From IMG/VR virus record IMGVR_UViG_3300018089_000001, positions 1-64,000 of that record: a stretch of DNA of 64,000 nt; one strand, 5' to 3'. Under the pieces are notes generated by a model. That model was not told where the DNA came from. It saw nothing but the letters and a program-made list of their open reading frames with translations, and made no database searches. Shown here one piece after another: positions 56,675-64,000 of this stretch; the first letter of the stretch is position 1; every line of letters starts with the position of its first letter. This stretch comes from a virus. Taxonomy: Duplodnaviria; Caudoviricetes. A program made the position numbers and the translations under genes.

Positions 56675-58069
56675 TCACCGCGTCCACCTCTGCCCGTCGC
56701 CCCACGGCCGCTCGGTGCCAGCAGGGACCCTATCGACCATCCGGGCCACCCCGCCCGACAGCGTGTTCGAGGCCTGGATGACGTCGTCGGCCGCGTCGTC
56801 GTCGGTGTTCAGCTGCATCGCGACCGGCATGGTCGGGGTCGCTCCCGTGTCCGAGAACGAGTTGCCCGTGATCTCCGCGAAGTTGATCCTCGCGTTTCCG
56901 TTCCCGCCCAGGACCACGCCGTGCTGGCCGAAGTTCGAGATCGAGTTGCTGCGGATGACGGCGGACCGGACCGGTCCGAGCTCGCGGGTCGCCCTGATGA
57001 AGACGCCCGGGGCGAACCCGGGCCGACCGGCTCCGACGATGCGGTTGCCCGCGATAGCGATGTCCCTGACGCACACTCCGGAGACCCCGATCATGGGTTG
57101 GTCCGTCCGTAGGTCGTTGGCGATCACGGAGACCGACCCGGGCATCTGGTCGACCTCGGTCCCGGCGACCTGGACGATGCTACCCCCGTCGTATGACGGT
57201 GCGGCGGTCGCGTGGATCGTGTTCCTATGGACGAGGATCCTGTCGCAGGTGCGGTACACGTACACGGACGGCTTGCTCGAGGCGTTGACGCCGACGTTGT
57301 CGGCGTAGACGACGTCGGTGATCCAGAGGATCAGGGCCGCCCCGTTCACCACGTTCCGGGTGACGGTCCAACCGGAGCTGCGCACGGCCGCGGAGGTCCC
57401 GGTCATGGTGAGGACGAAGTCGTCCGAGGCGCCCAGGGTGTCGAACAGGCAGTCCGTGATCGTCACGTCGTCGATCGGCTTCCCGTTGACGCCGTCGGAC
57501 TCCGAGTCGAACTGCTGGGCCGCGTTGCCGACGAACTGGGACTTGGTGAACGTCCCTCCGGCGGTGCCGCCCCCAAGGGTCAGGCCGTTCCGGCCGTTCG
57601 AGCGGGCCAGGCAGTCGAACATCGTCACGTCGTCGGAGCCGTCATACGCGTAGAACCCGTCGCCGCAGAAGTTCTCCGCGGTCACGTGCCGGAGGGTCAT
57701 CCGCGGTCCCTGCTTGGCGAAGATCCCCGCCTGGTGTGGGTTCCCCTGCGGCTGGTTAGCCCTGTTCCCGTCGACCGTCAGGTTGACCGCGGTGAACCCC
57801 GGGGATGAGACCTGCACCATGCTCATCGAGCCCACCACGTTGGGAGCCAGCAGCAGCCGGGTGCCCTGCCTCGTGTCACCGCGGAGGACCGTGCCCGGCC
57901 TGGTCTGGACGCACCAGGGCCGCCCCTCCGTCGGGGTGAGTCGGTACGTCCCGTCCGGGAAACGGACGGCGTCGGATCCACCCGCCGCGTCGATGGCGCG
58001 CTGCACCGCGACGCGGTCGTCAGTCACGCCGTCGCCGACGGCCCCGAAGTCCCTCACGTTGATCGTCAT
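56675..58069 (-). CDS. pectate-lyase-like right-handed beta-helix protein
   Basis: INVRDFGAVGDGVTDDR.A.QRAID...FPDGTY plus PbH1-like repeats. Confidence 0.85.
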   Translation of the reverse strand: MTINVRDFGAVGDGVTDDRVAVQRAIDAAGGSDAVRFPDGTYRLTPTEGRPWCVQTRPGTVLRGDTRQGTRLLLAPNVVGSMSMVQVSSPGFTAVNLTVDGNRANQPQGNPHQAGIFAKQGPRMTLRHVTAENFCGDGFYAYDGSDDVTMFDCLARSNGRNGLTLGGGTAGGTFTKSQFVGNAAQQFDSESDGVNGKPIDDVTITDCLFDTLGASDDFVLTMTGTSAAVRSSGWTVTRNVVNGAALILWITDVVYADNVGVNASSKPSVYVYRTCDRILVHRNTIHATAAPSYDGGSIVQVAGTEVDQMPGSVSVIANDLRTDQPMIGVSGVCVRDIAIAGNRIVGAGRPGFAPGVFIRATRELGPVRSAVIRSNSISNFGQHGVVLGGNGNARINFAEITGNSFSDTGATPTMPVAMQLNTDDDAADDVIQASNTLSGGVARMVDRVPAGTERPWGDGQRWTR

Positions 58070-59289
58070 TCGCTGGCTTCCTCCTGTCCGCCGGTGTCGT
58101 CCGTCCCCTCCTCGTTGGGGACCTCCTCGCCCTCGCGGACCGGCCGCGTGTCGTCGTACTTCCTCACGAGGAGCTTCTCCAGGGTGTCGAGGGCCCACTT
58201 CCGCACGCGCTGGTCCTCCCGGCAGAGTCTGCCGAACTCGGCCTCCCGGAACTGGACGCCGCGGTCCTTGCCCGCGTGGACGCCCTTGTCCCATAGCCTG
58301 CCCGACGGGAGCTGCTCGATGTAACACCACCCGTTGTCCTTCTCGATCATCCCGGCCTCGTGGAGGACCGGGAACCACGAGGCCTCGTCGTCGATCCCGT
58401 GGTCGAAGTGGATCTCGAACTTGCAGGTCCGGTGCGCCGTCCCGAGCCTGCTCTTGATGATCCGGCCGTTGGTCACGAGCCCGTAGATCTCCCCGTCCCT
58501 GTCCTTCAGCTTCGTGCTGGAGGTCACCCTGAGGCGGATCGAGGAGTGGTACGGGAGGGCCTTCCCGTACTTCGTGCCGAGAGGGTCGCCGTAAAGGCCG
58601 GCGTCCATCCGGTACGTGAGCGGCTGGGTGAAGACCATCGTGACCTGCTCCTTACCGATCATGTCGGTGATCTTGCGGAGGCCCTTGGCCATCGCCTTGG
58701 CCCCGAGGCCCATGCGGCTGTTCGGGTCGTAGTCGCCCTCCACCTCGGCCTGCGGCGGGGTGTTCCCGACGGAGTCCCAGATGATGAGGAGGGCCTGGGT
58801 CGGCGCCTTCGCCCGGATCGTCATGACGACCCCCTCGATCACCTCGAAGGCCCGCTCGATGGTGCCCGGCTGCACGTAGATCATGCGCTCCAGGTCGACC
58901 CCGATGCGGCGCATGAAGTCCGGGTTGGCGGCGTTCTCCGTGTCCATGTACACGGCGATCCCGCCCCTCCGCTGGACGTTCGCGATGAGGTGGGCGCAGA
59001 GGAGGGACTTGCCGCTCGACTCCTCGCCCTGGATCTCCACGATCTTTCCCGCCGGGACCCCGCCGTCCCGGCGGTTACTGATGGCGTAGTCGAGGAGCGT
59101 GCTCCCGGTGGGAATCCAGTCCTTGATGTGCGTCGGGGAGTCGTCCTTGGTCAGGTCGTAGGCCACGGGGTCCGCGTCCTTGCCGTTGGACTTGTTCAGG
59201 GCGTCGCGGAGCGTCCGCGCGGCCTGCTTCTGGTCGATCGCCTTCGCCGCCGCCGGCTCCGCCGGCACCTCGCTCATCCGCTTCGCCAT
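58066..59289 (-). CDS. recA: RecA/UvsX recombinase
   Basis: IPTGS..LD, GEESSGKS, MDTENA, IWDSV, GKALPYHSSIRL. Confidence 0.92.
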   Translation of the reverse strand: MAKRMSEVPAEPAAAKAIDQKQAARTLRDALNKSNGKDADPVAYDLTKDDSPTHIKDWIPTGSTLLDYAISNRRDGGVPAGKIVEIQGEESSGKSLLCAHLIANVQRRGGIAVYMDTENAANPDFMRRIGVDLERMIYVQPGTIERAFEVIEGVVMTIRAKAPTQALLIIWDSVGNTPPQAEVEGDYDPNSRMGLGAKAMAKGLRKITDMIGKEQVTMVFTQPLTYRMDAGLYGDPLGTKYGKALPYHSSIRLRVTSSTKLKDRDGEIYGLVTNGRIIKSRLGTAHRTCKFEIHFDHGIDDEASWFPVLHEAGMIEKDNGWCYIEQLPSGRLWDKGVHAGKDRGVQFREAEFGRLCREDQRVRKWALDTLEKLLVRKYDDTRPVREGEEVPNEEGTDDTGGQEEASE

Positions 59290-59789
59290 CAGACTCCCGA
59301 GACCGCCAGCAGGGACAGCATCTCGTCCACCTCGCCGCCGCCGACGAACTGCTCCTCGATCAGGCGGACGTTGTCGAGCGACACCGTCGCCGAGCCGAGG
59401 ACGGTCCCGGAGGAGGTGTCGTCCAGGGCCACCTGGGCCATGCTCTCGTACTCCACCACTCGAAGGGCCAGACCGTCCGAGCGGTCGTGGTCCCGCTCCT
59501 CCACGACGGCCCCGTACGGGCGGTCCGTGGCGATCTCTACGACGTCGTCCTGGATCGGGCTCTCGACGAGTTGAGATTCAGCAATCAGCAAACCGAGATT
59601 CTGTCCATCCGCAGCCACCCTTTGATAGGGCCTGTCACCTTGAAAGACGTCAACGCGACGCACCGCGTCTATGATCAGGAAGCTTCCCGCAGAGAGGTTC
59701 TCCCACGCAGCTTCCTCGAAGTTAGCAAGCCGACCCCTCACGTCGCATCCGCTCAGTGGGCTGAGCGGGTCGTTCACCCTATACCACAT
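59289..59789 (-). CDS. hypothetical protein
   Basis: TGATG coupling to recA. Confidence 0.55.
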   Translation of the reverse strand: MWYRVNDPLSPLSGCDVRGRLANFEEAAWENLSAGSFLIIDAVRRVDVFQGDRPYQRVAADGQNLGLLIAESQLVESPIQDDVVEIATDRPYGAVVEERDHDRSDGLALRVVEYESMAQVALDDTSSGTVLGSATVSLDNVRLIEEQFVGGGEVDEMLSLLAVSGV

Positions 59790-59805
59790 GCGTCCCCCTC
59801 ATGAG

Positions 59806-59849
59806 AAAAGGAGGGGCACGGGAGGGACGTTGATCCCTCCCGCAGCCCC
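59806..59849 (-). terminator. intrinsic terminator after ssb
   Basis: GGGGC..CGGGAGGGA/TCCCTCCCG..GCCCC then TCCTTTT. Confidence 0.6.
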
Positions 59850-59862
59850 GCCGCGGGCGGCC

Positions 59863-60753
59863 TCAGCGGCCCGCGCTGACCATCGCCTCGAGCTTGGCGA
59901 TGGTGGACTCGACGTCCCCGCCGCCCTGGGCGGGCCTCTCGGACCCAGCCGAGCCGCCGTACTCGAGGTCGCTGTCGTCGGACTTGCCCTTGGACGAGTC
60001 CCCGCCGCCCTCCCTCATGGACGCCTCCCAGGCGGCGAAGACCTTCTCGGCCTCCTCGGTGCTGACGGGCTTGGCGATGTCGGCGGCCGTCGGGATGCGC
60101 TCGAGGAGCATCCGGGCCTTCGCCTCACCGCCGTCCGCGGCCTTGAAGATCGGGGAGAACTTCTTCCGCTCCTCGACCTCCGTGAGGTCGAAGGACGTGG
60201 TGTTCCCCTTCTCGCCCTTCTTCTTCAGGGTGACCACCAGGTCGAGGGCGTGGGTGAGCGAGGTCAGGACCCGCAGTCCGCCGCCCTCCGGATGGTCGTC
60301 ATTCCAGTCGTCGTTGGCGCAGATCTTCAGGACCGCCTGGTAGGTCTTCGGGGTCAGCTCCCACAGGAACGGCCCCTCGACGTCGGTCGAGTCCTTCTTC
60401 CGGACGACGACCGGGATGTAGTGCTTGACGGCCGCGTCGACCTTCTTGAAGCACTCCCAGTCCATCTTGCGGACGTGCTCGGGCTTGTCGCGGCCCTTCT
60501 CGTCCTTCCAGGACTTCAGCCGCTTGGCCACGTCGCAGAACGGACACTCCTCGTCCCACGTCCCGGGACATGCCATCTGACGCCCGTTGTCGACGCCGTA
60601 GTGCCACTTGATGACCAGCGCCAGGTCATCCTCGCCGGGGAGCGGGAGCGCCCGGACGGTGTGCTCGTCCTTGGGCTTCCAGCGCTTGCTCTTGGGCTTG
60701 CCCTCCTCCAGGTTCTTCAGCTTCGCGCGGATCGCGTTTAGATCGAAAGCCAT
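59863..60753 (-). CDS. gp32-like single-stranded DNA-binding protein
   Basis: MAFDLNAIRAKL, WKP...VRALP, WHY, CP...EECPFC, acidic tail; next to recA. Confidence 0.8.
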   Translation of the reverse strand: MAFDLNAIRAKLKNLEEGKPKSKRWKPKDEHTVRALPLPGEDDLALVIKWHYGVDNGRQMACPGTWDEECPFCDVAKRLKSWKDEKGRDKPEHVRKMDWECFKKVDAAVKHYIPVVVRKKDSTDVEGPFLWELTPKTYQAVLKICANDDWNDDHPEGGGLRVLTSLTHALDLVVTLKKKGEKGNTTSFDLTEVEERKKFSPIFKAADGGEAKARMLLERIPTAADIAKPVSTEEAEKVFAAWEASMREGGGDSSKGKSDDSDLEYGGSAGSERPAQGGGDVESTIAKLEAMVSAGR

Positions 60754-61213
60754 CTTCCTTCACCTTTCCCTCTTCAAATCGCTTCAAATACTCAATCGCT
60801 CTTGTCAGAATTTCTGTTGAATCTCGAAGACTACCAATGCCCACATTACAGTAATGACACAGTAATCCTCGAACTTGACCGTTTACGTGTGAATGATCAA
60901 CGTGCCAATTTCCCTTACCACCCGGTTCGGAAGTATGACAGACAGCACACTTCGAATCTTGCTCACGAAGCAACGTGTTGAAAGTTTCAAGCGTGATCCC
61001 GTATCGAACCACATAGTACATGTTCTGATAGTAATCAGAACGACAGGATGCGCAGAATCGGCCCGGTTTTCCATCCCGAGGAGAGCCACACATCTTGCAA
61101 AGTTTATCGGGAACTCTCCCGATCCTTGTCCTGTGATGGCCCCGTGACCAGGTTCCCATCACCATCTTGCCGCATCCGCACCTGCAAGGGTTCCCTGGGA
61201 ATTTTTCCGACAT
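60626..61213 (-). CDS. endonuclease VII-type HNH homing endonuclease
   Basis: YGIT...Q..KCAVC...HVDHSH..GQVRGLLCHYCNVGIG; low GC. Confidence 0.9.
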   Translation of the reverse strand: MSEKFPGNPCRCGCGKMVMGTWSRGHHRTRIGRVPDKLCKMCGSPRDGKPGRFCASCRSDYYQNMYYVVRYGITLETFNTLLREQDSKCAVCHTSEPGGKGNWHVDHSHVNGQVRGLLCHYCNVGIGSLRDSTEILTRAIEYLKRFEEGKVKEDGFRSKRDPREAEEPGGGQAQEQALEAQGRAHRPGAPAPRRG

Positions 61214-61970
61214 ACCGGAGCTTGACCCCTTCAGAGCTCGCGCTATCAAAGACTAGGAATTGCGCGATTTCATCCCTAGAAACCATTGTATATAGGGGTC
61301 CGGCGACGAGGAAGATTCCCTCGAGGTCAGCGAAACCGCCAACGATGTCAGACGGTTGGACGCGATTGTACAGCAGGTCCCTAGCGACGGGAAGCATCGT
61401 CGGGATCCTGAGGGAGACCTGCGCGAGCCGCTCAAAGCGAGCGGCGAAGGACTTCGAGTGCCTCCGCTGCATGGCCTGATCGATCAGGGTGTGGGTCTCC
61501 TCGACGAACCTCGTCAGCTCGTCCCTGGAGCGCTTCCCCCAACCCGGATGGGAGACGGAGTCCTGCAGGATGTGATCGACCTGGGTCTCCAGTGCCACGG
61601 CGAAGGCCTTGATCAGGGAGTCGCGGCGGCCGTAGAACTTCTCTCCCCTGCGGCCGACCTTGAAACGGGGGTCGAAGGCCCGCACCTCGGTCTTGCGCCA
61701 CAGGGCCTTCACCTCGTAGCGACCCGGCTCGATGCCGGCCGCCCGGGCGAAGACGCGGTCGTTGATCTCGAGGTCGTACGACTGGGTCCGCTTGCCGGCC
61801 CGCTTGACCGGGACGCCGTACCGGACGTAGACCGTGTGGGCCACTTGCTGCTCAGCGGAGCAGGGGGCCGCCGTCGGATCGATGAACAGCTCACGCCAGC
61901 CGAAGGCCGGCTCAGATGCTTGCCCCGGTGATGCGGCCGGGTCCCCAGTCCAACGCCCTGTCTGCGTCAC
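61104..61970 (-). CDS. hypothetical protein
   Basis: long co-oriented ORF; 3' end low GC and overlaps the HNH gene. Confidence 0.55.
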   Translation of the reverse strand: MTQTGRWTGDPAASPGQASEPAFGWRELFIDPTAAPCSAEQQVAHTVYVRYGVPVKRAGKRTQSYDLEINDRVFARAAGIEPGRYEVKALWRKTEVRAFDPRFKVGRRGEKFYGRRDSLIKAFAVALETQVDHILQDSVSHPGWGKRSRDELTRFVEETHTLIDQAMQRRHSKSFAARFERLAQVSLRIPTMLPVARDLLYNRVQPSDIVGGFADLEGIFLVAGPLYTMVSRDEIAQFLVFDSASSEGVKLRYVGKIPREPLQVRMRQDGDGNLVTGPSQDKDRESSR

Positions 61971-62832
61971 GCTCGTTCTCGTCCTCCGGGACGTGGTTCT
62001 GGGGGGCCTTCAGGGCGCCCCGCCCGTTGGACCACGACGACGAGTTCGATCCCCGCATCGTGGCGGGCCCCGCCGCGCCTGACCCGGGAGCCCCCGTCCC
62101 GAACTCACGGAGCATCCCCTGTCCCGACAGGACCCGACGGTAGCGCTCCAGGCCCATGTCGTCAGAGAAGACGTGGGGGTCCAGGAGGCTCTCCATGCGA
62201 TCGGCGTCCTGTCGGTCGATGGCATCGATTATACCATCGCCGTCGTCAGTGGGAACCCTTCCCGTCCTGATCCTGATGAGGCCCGGGTCGACCCGGGCGT
62301 TACCCAGCTCGAACGAGCGCCTCAGCTCCGCGGCCTGCTCGGGGCTGCAGAAGACCTCCAGCGCCTCGTTCGGGAGGTGCATCCCCTCCTTCATCGCGGC
62401 CTCGATGGCCCCTTGGGCCGAGGGCTGGTGATCGAGGACGCGCAGCTTGGAGGCGCAGTCGGGCATCGACACCTGGAGGAGCTGCTCCAGCGCCCCGGCC
62501 GGTAGCCTGCCGCCGGTGCCGACGACGATGACGGAGGTCCGCCCGCGGACGAGGTCCCGAAGGAACTTGCAGGTGTGCTTACCCGGCGGGTCACCGGCCA
62601 CGAGGAGCATGGCGGACGAGCCCTGACGACCCGTCTCCCTCAGGGTGAGGAGCTCGGCCACGGCCGCCGGGCCTCCCAGGAGGGCCAGCTCGAGCTCCTC
62701 GTCCGTTTCCATCGAATCAGAGACGTGCTTGGGTAGCTTCTTTCCCTTGGGCGTGTGCGCGTCCCAGCGGCGGGCCATCTTCGGGTGATGGATGTGCATC
62801 CACGCCCTTTGCGACTGAGACTTATAGGGCAT
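61912..62832 (-). CDS. protein with MPYKS phage motif and possible degenerate HxGH nucleotidyltransferase fold
   Basis: MPYKSQSQRAWM...RWDAHTPKGKKLP; LLVAGDPPGKH. Confidence 0.5.
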   Translation of the reverse strand: MPYKSQSQRAWMHIHHPKMARRWDAHTPKGKKLPKHVSDSMETDEELELALLGGPAAVAELLTLRETGRQGSSAMLLVAGDPPGKHTCKFLRDLVRGRTSVIVVGTGGRLPAGALEQLLQVSMPDCASKLRVLDHQPSAQGAIEAAMKEGMHLPNEALEVFCSPEQAAELRRSFELGNARVDPGLIRIRTGRVPTDDGDGIIDAIDRQDADRMESLLDPHVFSDDMGLERYRRVLSGQGMLREFGTGAPGSGAAGPATMRGSNSSSWSNGRGALKAPQNHVPEDENERDADRALDWGPGRITGASI

Positions 62833-62837
62833 GACGT

Positions 62838-63149
62838 TCAGAGCATCTTGGCCAGGGTCATGGCCAGGGTCATCGTGCTGAAGAGCGACGAGATCACGAT
62901 ACCGACCCAGGCCGACCTGGGCAGCTTCCTCAGCGCCCGCTCCTCGGCGACACGCTTCAGCTCGTTCTCCACGAGCGCCAGCCGGACCGTCATGGCCGGC
63001 TGACCGTTGCCCTCGATGAGGACGTGCTTGATCTGGGAGACGTCCTCCTTGAGGAGCCGCTGCTCGATGGCGTGCTCCCGCTGGCTGACGCACAGGTCAG
63101 ACAGCATGTCCCGGATGCCCTTCAGCTCGACGTCGATAGATTCCGCCAC
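62838..63149 (-). CDS. coiled-coil protein with C-terminal TM helix
   Basis: AWVGIVISSLFSTMTLAM. Confidence 0.6.
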   Translation of the reverse strand: MAESIDVELKGIRDMLSDLCVSQREHAIEQRLLKEDVSQIKHVLIEGNGQPAMTVRLALVENELKRVAEERALRKLPRSAWVGIVISSLFSTMTLAMTLAKML

Positions 63150-63179
63150 GGCGGGGTCCTTTCACTCTCTCTCACAGGT

Positions 63180-63695
63180 TCACGGGATGTCGTGAAGCTG
63201 GTTCTTCCACAGGAACTTCACCTCGTCGGAGATGACCAGGATCACCAGGGAGTCCGTGGTCTCGTTGAACGTGATCACGACCTCCTTCGCGCCCGGCAGG
63301 TGCTCCGACTTGGGGTTGATGCTGATCGCCTGGACGGTCTTCCCGGAGACCTCGTCGCTCACGGCCCCCGAGGGGTCCTCCCCCGCGTCGCCGTCCTTGT
63401 CCAGGGCATCCGGGTCGGGCGAGTTCCCGTCCACGGCGGGACCGTCGGGGTCCGCGTCCGGCTCCTGGCCGCCCTCGGGGGAGGACGCGCCGACGTCGGG
63501 TGACCCGACGGTCGCGTCCGGTGACTCGGGGTTCCCCGCGTCGGGCGGCTCGTCCTGGTCGGCGGAGGCCACGCCGGGCTTCCGCTTCTTGACGGGGACC
63601 TCGTCGTCCTCCTCGCCGGCCTCGACGAGCTCCCGGAGCCTCCGGCGGACCTCCTCGGCGACGATCTCTGCGAGCCTTTTCCGTGAGATGTTCAT
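63180..63695 (-). CDS. acidic protein with putative head-targeting propeptide
   Basis: MNISRKRLAEIVAEEV....LVEA. Confidence 0.6.
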   Translation of the reverse strand: MNISRKRLAEIVAEEVRRRLRELVEAGEEDDEVPVKKRKPGVASADQDEPPDAGNPESPDATVGSPDVGASSPEGGQEPDADPDGPAVDGNSPDPDALDKDGDAGEDPSGAVSDEVSGKTVQAISINPKSEHLPGAKEVVITFNETTDSLVILVISDEVKFLWKNQLHDIP

Positions 63696-63761
63696 GGCTT
63701 ACGGGCCCTCCGCGGGATCCCTAACGCCTACCTATGGCCCGCGGCCTCCGGACCACCGCGT

Positions 63762-64000
63762 TCAGCGGATTACGCCGGGTGTGGCGTGCTTCCGTAGATA
63801 TTCCTGGGCAGCCTCATGCCATCCCCCAGGTATCTCCAAGCACCCAATGCCCCAATTGCATCGGATGCAAAGTAAGCCCCTGGTTTTGCCTGTCTCATGA
63901 TTGTGATCGACAACCTGAGGTTCGTTCAAGCAACCGACAACGGCGCAAGTGCCTCCCTGATCTTTCAAAATCCTATCCCACTCGCGTCGGGAGACTCCGT
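63762..64000 (-). CDS. endonuclease VII-type HNH (5' truncated by window)
   Basis: QGGTCAV...VDHNHETGKTRGLLCIRCNWGIG; low GC. Confidence 0.8.
   Translation of the reverse strand, partial: GVSRREWDRILKDQGGTCAVVGCLNEPQVVDHNHETGKTRGLLCIRCNWGIGCLEIPGGWHEAAQEYLRKHATPGVIR

Noticed and set aside
1-64000. CRISPR array, tRNA/rRNA genes, reverse transcriptase/DGR, integrase
   Set aside because: None recognised by eye and intergenic gaps are very short. tRNAscan/Infernal were not run.
1-64000. Stop-codon reassignment
   Set aside because: Conserved genes are full length in code 11. The dnaE break is an insertion, not an in-frame stop.

Overview
High-GC window from a large tailed dsDNA phage. Genes are densely packed with overlapping start/stop codons, and there are no rRNA or host housekeeping operons. 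Positions ~1-12.4 kb are mostly plus-strand accessory genes: LuxR and Fis HTH regulators, RadA-like ATPase, CCA-adding enzyme, SLT and GH25 lysins. Positions ~12.4-64 kb are almost all minus strand and carry a CDP-sugar module, nucleotide-pool enzymes, a probable cytosine-hypermodification pathway, and a replication block. The modification pathway comprises an Asp-type thymidylate synthase homologue, ThyX, a dNMP kinase, two glycosyltransferases and an RGP-type NDP-sugar mutase. The replication block comprises a split DnaE, NrdJ, DnaB-like helicase, 5'-3' exonuclease, RecA, gp32-like SSB and homing endonucleases. Top finding: DnaE is broken into two genes by a GIY-YIG endonuclease plus a small ORF, and the new termini carry complementary non-catalytic half-intein segments that may act as a non-splicing zipper. 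Other highlights are a possible deoxy-furanose DNA modification, a recurring extended -10 motif implying leaderless mRNAs, and scars of endonuclease invasion. Family assignments come from motif recognition by eye, not database searches. The host is undetermined; the Fis-like gene weakly suggests Myxococcota.
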